A stretch of 64,000 nt of DNA from Spirochaetia bacterium. Its GTDB lineage: Bacteria > Spirochaetota > Spirochaetia > CADAEX01. This document shows, one piece after another, positions 20,024 to 28,356 of this stretch. The stretch covers positions 2,528,001 through 2,592,000 of the forward strand of contig OY759746.1 of assembly GCA_963662795.1 (NCBI GenBank), in the 5' to 3' direction. Made by a program: the position numbers and the translations under genes. The notes below the pieces were generated by a model. The model made no database searches and had not been told where the DNA came from. It saw only the letters and a program-made list of their open reading frames with translations. Position 1 is the first letter of the stretch; every line of letters begins with the position of its first letter.

Positions 20024-22714
20024 ATGAAAAAGTATCTGTTTATTGTTATTCCGGTTTTGGCTGTCATTTTTTGTTCCCTGTTTCTCTTAACTTCACTTGA
20101 CAGAAAAGTTTACGATCTTTTTTTAAGAACTCTGCCTTCCCTTAAAGAAGATGAATCAGTTCTTATTGTAAAAGTTGATGATCTGTCTATTGAAAACGTT
20201 GGAATATTTCCCTGGACAAGGGATATTCTGGCAGACGCGATTGTTTTTCTCCGTGAAATGGGAGCTGATTCAGTCGTATTCGATTTAAGCTATCTCGACA
20301 AAAGTCCGGTCAAGGTAGATCCCAAATATGTGAATCAGGAGCTGCCTGAATACCTTAACTATGGATTTAATCAGATTGATGATACCATCAGCCAGGTTAT
20401 GGATGCATTTGCCGGCCGGCAGATCGGCCCTTCCGATGCTGATGCCTACAAGAGACAGATGCTGAATTTTAACAGCACGGTGCGCGAATCGCTGAATACT
20501 TCAATTTCGTATGTTGCCAGGGACGTTGATGCGTACTTCGCAAAGACACTCCGCTTCTTCGGCAAATCATATTTAACCCTGACCATGGTTACTCCGGAAG
20601 ATATAATAGGTGAAGACAAAACCTTTGATATGTCGCCTTACGATGTTAAATGGCTTGAAGAGAATGTCGCGCTTAAAAATATAACAGCACTAAACGATAC
20701 ACTGACGCCGCAGCTGCCGGGTATAATTCCCGCCATCCCTGAGCTGCTTACAAATGCCAGCGGTGCCGGATTTGTGAACGCAGCGCCCGATCAGGACGGA
20801 TACCGCCGGAGGGTACACCTTCTGCTGAAATATAATGATAAATACTACGGACAACTTGGATTTGTTCCACTCCTCGATAAACTGGGAAACCCTGCGGTTG
20901 AGGTGACAAATAATTATATTTTTCTTAAAAATGCTGTTATTAACGGCACGGCAAGGGATGTCAGAATTCCCCGTACCGAAGACGGCTCAATTCTTGTTAA
21001 ATGGCCAAAAAAGGAATTCAGGGACTATAATCAGATTTCATCATGGGACCTGATTGCGAATAACAGGCAGGAAGCAGTATTTGTTAAAAATCTTAAAGCC
21101 ATGGAAGATGCCGGATTTTTTTCCTACTGGAATGAAGGTGAGACTCCTCTTGATAAGTACAATAATGCGGAATATGTAAAACAGATGCTTTTTGAAGGAG
21201 AAAATAATCAGGCAGGGATAACATTTGAAACATATGCTGCTTACAGAAAGGGTTTTATTGATACATCTGATCAGTTTTTAAACGGCAAATATGAAGATAT
21301 TATCCTTTCAGATATTGATAAGGACAACACTGCGGTTGTTGAATATGTTAATGGCTTTTTTAAAGCTGCACGGCAGCAGTACGCAGACCTGCTTGTTATC
21401 CGGGAAAAAGCTGAGAAAAAAACAGCCGGCGCCTTCTGTATTATCGGCGTTGATGCCACTTCCATGACTGACGACGGCCTGACTACATTCCAGGAGAGAT
21501 TTCCTAATGTCGGTATTCATGCTGCAGTAACAAACATGATTATATCTGAAGAGTTTCTGGATGATTCACCGGCTTACGTTTCCATAATTATTGCTCTAAT
21601 ACTTTCGGTATCACTCGGCATCTTTATCCAACGGTTCAATACCAAAAACGCGATGATTGCGGGGTTTCTTACTCTGGCAGTATCTGTTTTTTCCCTGCTC
21701 ATTCTGTTTGTCCTCTTCCGCAGATATATAGGCGTAGTAGTTCCATTTGCCTCAATATCCGCAACCTTTCTTACGCTTTCAGGTATTAATTTCTTCGATA
21801 CAATCAGGGAAAAATCATTCCTGCGCTCCGCTTTTTCCCGGTATCTTGCCCCTGCTGTTATAAATGAAATTATTGCAGATCCTTCAAAATTAAATCTTGG
21901 AGGGGAAAAACGGGAAATGACTGCAATTTTTACAGATATCAGGGGATTTTCAACTATTTCAGAAAGTCTTGATCCTGCCGATCTGGTTAAACTGCTGAAC
22001 CTCTATTTGACTGATATGAGTAATACAATTCTTGCAAACAGGGGAACAATTGATAAATATGAAGGAGATGCGATCATTGCATTTTTTGGAGCTCCCATTC
22101 ATATGGCTGAGCATGCTGCCCTTGCGTGCCGCACAGCGATACAGATGAAAATAGCGGAAAAAGAACTGAATAAACGAATTATTGCGGAAAATCTCTGTCC
22201 GTCACAGCTATTCACCAGAATTGGTATTAATACAGGAGATATGATTGTCGGAAATATGGGAACACCGGATAAAATGGACTATACAATTATGGGAAACGCG
22301 GTAAACCTTGCCGCGCGGCTTGAAGGGGTAAATAAACAGTATGGTACCCGCGGTATCCTGATAAGCGAGCATACAAGGGCCCAGGTCGGGGATGAATTCC
22401 TCCTCCGCCGTCTTGACCGGATCCGGGTTGTCGGTGTCAACAGGCCGCTCAGGATATTTGAGCTGCTTTCGTTTGCCAAGGATGCTGATATGATTACGGA
22501 AAGCTCTGCCGCATCAATAATACCGCAATGGGAAAAGGCGATAGACCTCTATGAAAAACAATTATTCACAGAAGCCCGTGATATTTTTAAGGAAATTGCT
22601 GTAAAGGATAATGAGGATATGGTTGCTCCGCTCTTTGCAGGCCGATGTGAGGCGTTCCTTAAAAATCCGCCGGTTAAGGACTGGGACGGGGTATTTACAC
22701 TTTCAGAGAAGTAA
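20024..22714 (+). CDS. CHASE2-domain class III adenylate cyclase
   Basis: N-terminal TM; CHASE2 motifs (VDD.SI...G.FPW.R, VVFDL, D.DGYRRR, GV.IHA); 3 TM; catalytic FTDIRGF, DKYEGDA, DYTIMGNAVNLAARLEG (Lys/Asp pair of ATP-specific enzymes); helical tail ending WDGVF. Confidence 0.92.
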   Translation: MKKYLFIVIPVLAVIFCSLFLLTSLDRKVYDLFLRTLPSLKEDESVLIVKVDDLSIENVGIFPWTRDILADAIVFLREMGADSVVFDLSYLDKSPVKVDPKYVNQELPEYLNYGFNQIDDTISQVMDAFAGRQIGPSDADAYKRQMLNFNSTVRESLNTSISYVARDVDAYFAKTLRFFGKSYLTLTMVTPEDIIGEDKTFDMSPYDVKWLEENVALKNITALNDTLTPQLPGIIPAIPELLTNASGAGFVNAAPDQDGYRRRVHLLLKYNDKYYGQLGFVPLLDKLGNPAVEVTNNYIFLKNAVINGTARDVRIPRTEDGSILVKWPKKEFRDYNQISSWDLIANNRQEAVFVKNLKAMEDAGFFSYWNEGETPLDKYNNAEYVKQMLFEGENNQAGITFETYAAYRKGFIDTSDQFLNGKYEDIILSDIDKDNTAVVEYVNGFFKAARQQYADLLVIREKAEKKTAGAFCIIGVDATSMTDDGLTTFQERFPNVGIHAAVTNMIISEEFLDDSPAYVSIIIALILSVSLGIFIQRFNTKNAMIAGFLTLAVSVFSLLILFVLFRRYIGVVVPFASISATFLTLSGINFFDTIREKSFLRSAFSRYLAPAVINEIIADPSKLNLGGEKREMTAIFTDIRGFSTISESLDPADLVKLLNLYLTDMSNTILANRGTIDKYEGDAIIAFFGAPIHMAEHAALACRTAIQMKIAEKELNKRIIAENLCPSQLFTRIGINTGDMIVGNMGTPDKMDYTIMGNAVNLAARLEGVNKQYGTRGILISEHTRAQVGDEFLLRRLDRIRVVGVNRPLRIFELLSFAKDADMITESSAASIIPQWEKAIDLYEKQLFTEARDIFKEIAVKDNEDMVAPLFAGRCEAFLKNPPVKDWDGVFTLSEK

Positions 22715-22715
22715 A

Positions 22716-22748
22716 AAAAAAGACTGTTTATTAAAAACAGTCTTTTTT
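22716..22748. terminator. Bidirectional intrinsic terminator between cyclase and FecR-like gene
   Basis: AAAAAAGACTGTTT-attaa-AAACAGTCTTTTTT between convergent genes. Confidence 0.85.
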
Positions 22749-22775
22749 ATACATTGATTTAATTTTTTAAATATT

Positions 22776-23216
22776 TTATTCCTTTTTCTCTTCAACCCAC
22801 TGCACATCTTCTACTGCGTCGCTTGCACGTGTTGAAGCGGTAGAAATGTTTGTCCGCCCCTGGACAGAATTGGCATTTACAGTACTGTCTGTTACAGCAG
22901 CGCCCAGTTTAATACCTGAAAGACCCTGAGCAGGGCTTGTCAGTTTTTCAACAGTGCCTTTCTGCATTGCCTTGACCGTGACCACCCTGTCTCCAATCTT
23001 AAGAATAAGAGAGGAATTAAGACCGGTGTTTATCATTGTCGAGGGCGCAATTTTTTTGTCAGCGGATAAAGCTTCCCATTTGCCCGCAGAAACCTCATAA
23101 CTCACAATTCCGTTTACCGACTGGATAACAATATCCTGTCCTGAAACCTGAGCAAATAAAGCTGTGGAAATTGCAACAGTGCCCAGCACCATCGCCAATA
23201 AGAATATTTTCTTCAT
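22776..23216 (-). CDS. Small secreted FecR-like domain protein
   Basis: SPI signal MKKIFLL..ALFA; V.G.V.Y...W..L....I....INTG.NS...L pattern of FecR-type domains; GGAGG RBS before ATG 23216. Confidence 0.6.
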   Translation of the reverse strand: MKKIFLLAMVLGTVAISTALFAQVSGQDIVIQSVNGIVSYEVSAGKWEALSADKKIAPSTMINTGLNSSLILKIGDRVVTVKAMQKGTVEKLTSPAQGLSGIKLGAAVTDSTVNANSVQGRTNISTASTRASDAVEDVQWVEEKKE

Positions 23217-23235
23217 AGAATCCTCCACTTAATAT

Positions 23236-23265
23236 ATTATATAACACATCCGCCTGGAAATACAA
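23236..23265 (-). promoter_or_regulatory. Candidate own promoter of the FecR-like gene
   Basis: TTGTAT-N18-TATAAT on minus strand. Confidence 0.45.
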
Positions 23266-23310
23266 GGTCGTCTCTGTTAAAGTGCTGTGTTACGGTAAAG
23301 AGCCAGTTTT

Positions 23311-26300
23311 TCATTTTTCATCCCTCTTTATCAGGTATTTACGCCTGAAATAAAGGTATGCGCAAATCATTATCCCGGTTGAAAACAGCAGAGCCATCAG
23401 CGCGATGTGGTTTTTAAAATATTCTGCAGCTGATATTTCAGGAGTTTCAGAAACAGTCATCTTTTTATTAAAAACTGTCTTTTCGGTTTCAGGTATTGAT
23501 GCAGCATGCTCCGGAGAAGATACCTGAATTATTTCATTCACGGCTGATACATTTTCTCCCGTTCCCTGTGTTGTTTTGTTCATGCCGACAGAGGCTTCTG
23601 CATTTTCCGGTGCTGTATTTACACTGCTTACAGTCTGAACTCCCTTAACTCCTGAATCAAATTGATAGCCGGCAACCTGAACAGTACTTTTCACAGCTTT
23701 TCTTGAAGTGGTAGATTTAACCTGGTTCTGAGTAATACCTGAATAAGGTTCTGTAGTTTCAACCTGACTCACCCTGTGCTTTGAATATCTTGTTGTTGCG
23801 TTCCTGACAGAAGCAGATGTATAGTCGGATATTGAAGTGGTTATGGAGTTTTCTGTATAACCTGCTGATCGGGAGGCGGCTCCTCCATATGTCCAGTCGT
23901 CGGTATCCCAAGTCATTTGATATCCGTTGCTTGTTTCATTTCCCAGGTCGTCTGCAACACTGAACCGGAAAGTTTGCTCCTGAACTGAAACATCCAGAGC
24001 TGTTGTTGTTGTCAGCGACCCTGTTTTAACAGCTGTTGCGTGGGTATATGTTTTTACCGTGCCGTCGGTTATAGCCTGAGCCTTGGTACCTGTCCCCGGC
24101 CAGTAATAAATGATCCTGATTCCTGAAACTTCAGCAGAGGATAAAGTTATTGTTAATTTGTTGTTGGCGCTTGAAGCGCTTGGACTGGAAGCACCGGTAT
24201 TTATCTCTGGAGCTGTCGTATCTACAGTGATTGTAGCCGAGTTTGATTTGGTAACATTACCGGCAGAATCCCTTACATAAAGATAGAAAGCCTTATCAGC
24301 CCCGTCAGTTGTAGCAGAAGCAAGGTTGACAGATGTAAGTGTCTGCGAGGTGCCTGTAAGAGTTTCCCATGTTTCAGCGCTGTACGCCGGTGCGGTAGTT
24401 TCGATCGTAACAATATAGGCAGAAAGCGACGTGGTATCTGCAACAGTTAATGATGTTACAGGAACAGATGTAAGTGTTGCAGTCGATGGGTTGGTGAACA
24501 CAAAGGTGCCGGTTAATGTTGGTAGGATTCCTTCAATTATGATGTCTTTTGTGGTACCGCCGAGTGATTCGTCAGAGTCAAGTGCCGGCAATGCCAGATT
24601 AGCATTATTGCTGGCCGCGTCCTTTATTGTTCCTCCGTTCAGAACAAGTGCTGCTGTAGAAGCATAGTTAAGGTCTGAGGTTGTATCACCGGCTGCAACA
24701 GTGTAACTGAAAGTAAGGGCAGAAGTGTCCGATCCGCTTGTGTATGATATATTTTTGTTTCCAGAGGAAAGTGCAAGTGTGAGATAGGGTGTTCCTGTGA
24801 CTGTCACAGCTTCCGGGAAATTAACCTTAATGGGTATTTCAGTTCCGGCAGGGTATGTACCAGTCTCTGTGGTTGTTGTAACGTTTGAGACTGTCGGTGC
24901 GGTTGTATCGATTTTTATATTCTTTGTGGTACCACCGAGTGATTCGTCAGAGTCAAGTGCCGGCAATGTCAGATTAGCATTATTGCCGGCTGTGTCCTTT
25001 ATTGTTCCTCCGTTCAGCACAAGGGCTGATGTACTTGCATAGTTTAGGTCTGCGCTTGTATCTCCGGCTGCAACAGTGTATGTGAATGAGAGCGCTGTTG
25101 TGCCTGAACCGGATGGGTCGTCTAATCCTATATTTTTGTTTCCAGAGGAAAGCGCAAGTGTGAGATAGGGCGTTCCTGTGACTGTCACAGCTTCCGGGAA
25201 ATTGACCGTAATAGGTATTTCAGTTCCGGCTGGATAGGAGCCGCTCTCCTTTGTTGTCGTAACGCTTGAGACTGTCGGTGCGGTTGTATCGATTTTTATA
25301 TTCTTTGTGGTACCGCCGAGTGATTCGTCAGAGTCAAGTGCCGGCAATGTCAGATTAGCATTATTGCCAATTGAATCTTTTATAGTTCCTCCGTTCAGCA
25401 CAAGGGCTGATGTACTTGCATAGTTTAGGTCTGCGCTTGTATCTCCGGCTGCAACAGTGTATGTGAATGAGAGCGCTGTTGTGCCTGAACCGGATGGGTC
25501 GTCTAATCCTATATTTTTGTTTCCAGAGGAAAGTGCAAGTGTGAGATAGGGCGTTCCTGTGACTGTCACAGCTTTGGAGAAATTGACCGTGATAGGTATT
25601 TCAGTTCCGGCTGGATAGGAGCCGCTCTCCTTTGTTGTTGTAACGCTTGAAACTGTTGGCAGAACAGCGTCGATTACAATATTCTTTGTTGTACCGCCGA
25701 GCGACTCGGCAGAGGCAAGTGCCGGAAGAGTAAGTGTGGCATTATTGCCAATTGAATCTTTTATAGTTCCTCCGTTCAGCACAAGGGCTGATGTACTTGC
25801 ATAGTTTAGGTCTGCGCTTGTATCTCCGGCTGCAACAGTGTATGTGAATGAGAGCGCTGTTGTGCCTGAACCGGATGGGTCGTCTAATCCTATATTTTTG
25901 TTTCCAGAGGAAAGTGCAAGTGTGAGATAGGGCGTTCCTGTGACTGTCACAGCTTTGGAGAAATTGACCGTGATAGGTATTTCAGTTCCGGCTGGATAGG
26001 AGCCGCTCTCCTTTGTTGTCGTAACGCTTGAAACTGTTGGCAGAACAGCGTCGATTACAATATTCTTTGTTGTACCGCCGAGCGACTCGGCAGAGGCAAG
26101 TGCCGGAAGAGTAAGCGTGGCATTGTTGCCGGCTGTGTCCTTTATTGTACCGCCGTTCAGCACAAGGGCTGATGTACTTGCATAGTTTAGGTCTGCGCTT
26201 GTATCTCCGGCTGCAACAGTGTATGTGAATGAGAGCGCTGTTGTGCCTGAACCGGATGGGTCGTCTAATCCTATATTTTTGTTTCCAGGTGAAAGCGCAA

Positions 26301-28356
26301 GTGTGAGATAGGGCGTTCCTGTGACTGTCACAGCTTCTGAGAAATTAACCTTAATGGGTATTTCAGTTCCGGCAGGGTATGTACCAGTCTCTGTGGTTGT
26401 TGTAACGTTTGAGACTGTCGGTGGCATTGTATCTTTAAAAAAGTTCCGGGCAGCGATATCTGATACATTACCTGCCGTATCAGTTGCACGTATTCCAACC
26501 GTGAAAGGTCCGGATGAAAGCCCGTCGAAAGAGGTGATCGAATCAATCGAATTACCGCTCGCAAAAGGCTGCCAGCTGCCTGAATTAATTTGCACTTCAA
26601 CTGTTCCTTCGCTTCCTGTAAAGCTGATGTCCTGAGTTCCATTCACATAAGCGCCGTTTGCGGGTGATGATATGGTGATTACCGGTTTTTCAGTATCTTT
26701 AGTGATTTCAAGCTGTGCGCTTAGTCCGCCTGGGTTGCCGGCTTTATCTGTAACTCGTGCTGTGATTTGTTTTGTCCCGTCTGTTCCAAAAGTCGCTGAG
26801 TTGAGAGTAAATATATAATTGCCGGTAACCTCAGCAGCAGTCAATGTGTCTGACATCTTGACTGCTCCGTCGATCAGCAGGCTTATCGTGTCATCTTCTA
26901 CCGCACCGCTTGATGCGAGAGGAGCTGTAATTGTCATGCTTGTCGTGTTTATATTTAAATATGATTCTGATTTGGTAAGGGTTTCCGGAGTTCCAGGCGG
27001 AATGGAATCATAAACTACTTCAGCCGTTAAAGCTGTTAAGCTCACATTTCCTGCCTTGTCATAGGCTGCAATTGTTATTGTATTGTTGCCTTGTGCTGCA
27101 GGGGTGATATCTGTGAAAACCCCGTTAGTAGATGGATCCACAACACCTGATGCACCTGCTGTAACCTTATATTCTTTGATTCCCGAAAGTCCGTTGTCTG
27201 CACCTGAAACTGTGAAAGAAAGCGGTGAATTTGTTAATGCAGCTGGTGGCGACGGAGTAAAAGCCGGTGTATCCGGAGGCTGCCTGTCTAGTATAATGTT
27301 TGCTGTTTTTGTGAGTGATGGATTGTTTGATGGATCATATACAATAACAGAAATTGTTCTATTCCCGTCAATATCAGGCAGTGTAACAGGAATATTGTTT
27401 GTATGTGTATTGTTATAAAGAGTGTTGTCAAATTCGTCTTTGATAAGAGCCTTCAGTTCGGTTGAACCGCTGTTATCTCCTACTTCGAAATTTAAAAGAA
27501 TATTTCGTGAGTTTGTCGGATTATTGACTGGAAGAGCTGTACCGCTTTCATTCTTAACCGTAATGTCCAAAACTGTAGGAGGTTCTGTATCTTTTAGTTT
27601 ACTGGTAACAAAGCGGACTGTTTTACCTGCAGTCATTGTATTACCATTGAGATCCTCAATTTGTTGAAGAATTGTTACAAAAATCTCATAGTATGCATCG
27701 GTTGTTCCGAGAAAATTATCTGATTTTAAATTTAGAGTTAATACAGAACCATCAAGGACCGGATCCTCAAAAAAAGAATTAATGGGATCAGGATCACTAG
27801 ATGACCCGCTTAACCGGCGTTGTATAATGATGTTGCTCTGGGTTGCAGTATTTATATCAACCGGCCTGGAAAAAGTAATTTTTATCGGTCTAGTGATAAT
27901 TACTTCCTGTTCGTTATCATAAGGAGCTGTAGAAACAACGTACGGTCTTGTGTCAAACATTGCACGAATTTCAAGATTGGAAGTTTTTTTATTTACTGTG
28001 GCAGTTGTTTCTTTGCTTGCCGCGTTTGTGAATGTTATATCACCGGAATTTCCGCCGATCTGCATCCAGTTTAAAAAAGCGAATTCGCTGTTTGTAGTTG
28101 TTGTTATATTAAAAGGAACGCCGACTTTTACAATTGCTGCCCCGAGCGGGCTTGTTGTTCCCATACTGTCGCTTTCAGCGCGGACAGTTATTGTAACCTC
28201 TTCCGCATTGGCAATCAGAACTTCATCTTCTATTGCCGCCTTGAGGTCATCATCCCCTGACATGAAATTATTGCAGCTGCTGATGAAGCTGATTAAAAGG
28301 AATGCTGTTATTAAAAAAGCTATTAGAGCCTTTTGATTTCTAATGCGTTTTATCAT
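23311..28356 (-). CDS. Large Ig-like repeat lipoprotein (adhesin-like) with C-terminal TM anchor
   Basis: Lipobox FISSC; successive Ig-like units (PYVVST.P..I.ITFS.PVD; DTxxP..DxAGN); five ~127-aa repeats; Ser/Thr-rich linker; TM HIALMALLFSTGIMICAYLYF plus RRK tail. Confidence 0.85.
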   Translation of the reverse strand: MIKRIRNQKALIAFLITAFLLISFISSCNNFMSGDDDLKAAIEDEVLIANAEEVTITVRAESDSMGTTSPLGAAIVKVGVPFNITTTTNSEFAFLNWMQIGGNSGDITFTNAASKETTATVNKKTSNLEIRAMFDTRPYVVSTAPYDNEQEVIITRPIKITFSRPVDINTATQSNIIIQRRLSGSSSDPDPINSFFEDPVLDGSVLTLNLKSDNFLGTTDAYYEIFVTILQQIEDLNGNTMTAGKTVRFVTSKLKDTEPPTVLDITVKNESGTALPVNNPTNSRNILLNFEVGDNSGSTELKALIKDEFDNTLYNNTHTNNIPVTLPDIDGNRTISVIVYDPSNNPSLTKTANIILDRQPPDTPAFTPSPPAALTNSPLSFTVSGADNGLSGIKEYKVTAGASGVVDPSTNGVFTDITPAAQGNNTITIAAYDKAGNVSLTALTAEVVYDSIPPGTPETLTKSESYLNINTTSMTITAPLASSGAVEDDTISLLIDGAVKMSDTLTAAEVTGNYIFTLNSATFGTDGTKQITARVTDKAGNPGGLSAQLEITKDTEKPVITISSPANGAYVNGTQDISFTGSEGTVEVQINSGSWQPFASGNSIDSITSFDGLSSGPFTVGIRATDTAGNVSDIAARNFFKDTMPPTVSNVTTTTETGTYPAGTEIPIKVNFSEAVTVTGTPYLTLALSPGNKNIGLDDPSGSGTTALSFTYTVAAGDTSADLNYASTSALVLNGGTIKDTAGNNATLTLPALASAESLGGTTKNIVIDAVLPTVSSVTTTKESGSYPAGTEIPITVNFSKAVTVTGTPYLTLALSSGNKNIGLDDPSGSGTTALSFTYTVAAGDTSADLNYASTSALVLNGGTIKDSIGNNATLTLPALASAESLGGTTKNIVIDAVLPTVSSVTTTKESGSYPAGTEIPITVNFSKAVTVTGTPYLTLALSSGNKNIGLDDPSGSGTTALSFTYTVAAGDTSADLNYASTSALVLNGGTIKDSIGNNANLTLPALDSDESLGGTTKNIKIDTTAPTVSSVTTTKESGSYPAGTEIPITVNFPEAVTVTGTPYLTLALSSGNKNIGLDDPSGSGTTALSFTYTVAAGDTSADLNYASTSALVLNGGTIKDTAGNNANLTLPALDSDESLGGTTKNIKIDTTAPTVSNVTTTTETGTYPAGTEIPIKVNFPEAVTVTGTPYLTLALSSGNKNISYTSGSDTSALTFSYTVAAGDTTSDLNYASTAALVLNGGTIKDAASNNANLALPALDSDESLGGTTKDIIIEGILPTLTGTFVFTNPSTATLTSVPVTSLTVADTTSLSAYIVTIETTAPAYSAETWETLTGTSQTLTSVNLASATTDGADKAFYLYVRDSAGNVTKSNSATITVDTTAPEINTGASSPSASSANNKLTITLSSAEVSGIRIIYYWPGTGTKAQAITDGTVKTYTHATAVKTGSLTTTTALDVSVQEQTFRFSVADDLGNETSNGYQMTWDTDDWTYGGAASRSAGYTENSITTSISDYTSASVRNATTRYSKHRVSQVETTEPYSGITQNQVKSTTSRKAVKSTVQVAGYQFDSGVKGVQTVSSVNTAPENAEASVGMNKTTQGTGENVSAVNEIIQVSSPEHAASIPETEKTVFNKKMTVSETPEISAAEYFKNHIALMALLFSTGIMICAYLYFRRKYLIKRDEK
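24535..26433 (-). repeat. Five tandem intragenic repeats, period 381 bp (127 aa; last copy 375 bp)
   Basis: GTGACTGTCACAGCTT recurs at 24797, 25178, 25559, 25940, 26321. Confidence 0.95.

Noticed and set aside
24535-26433. Repeat array as CRISPR or diversity-generating retroelement TR/VR
   Set aside because: Units are in-frame 381-bp coding repeats with no spacers; differences are block-wise rather than adenine-specific; no cas or reverse transcriptase gene in the window
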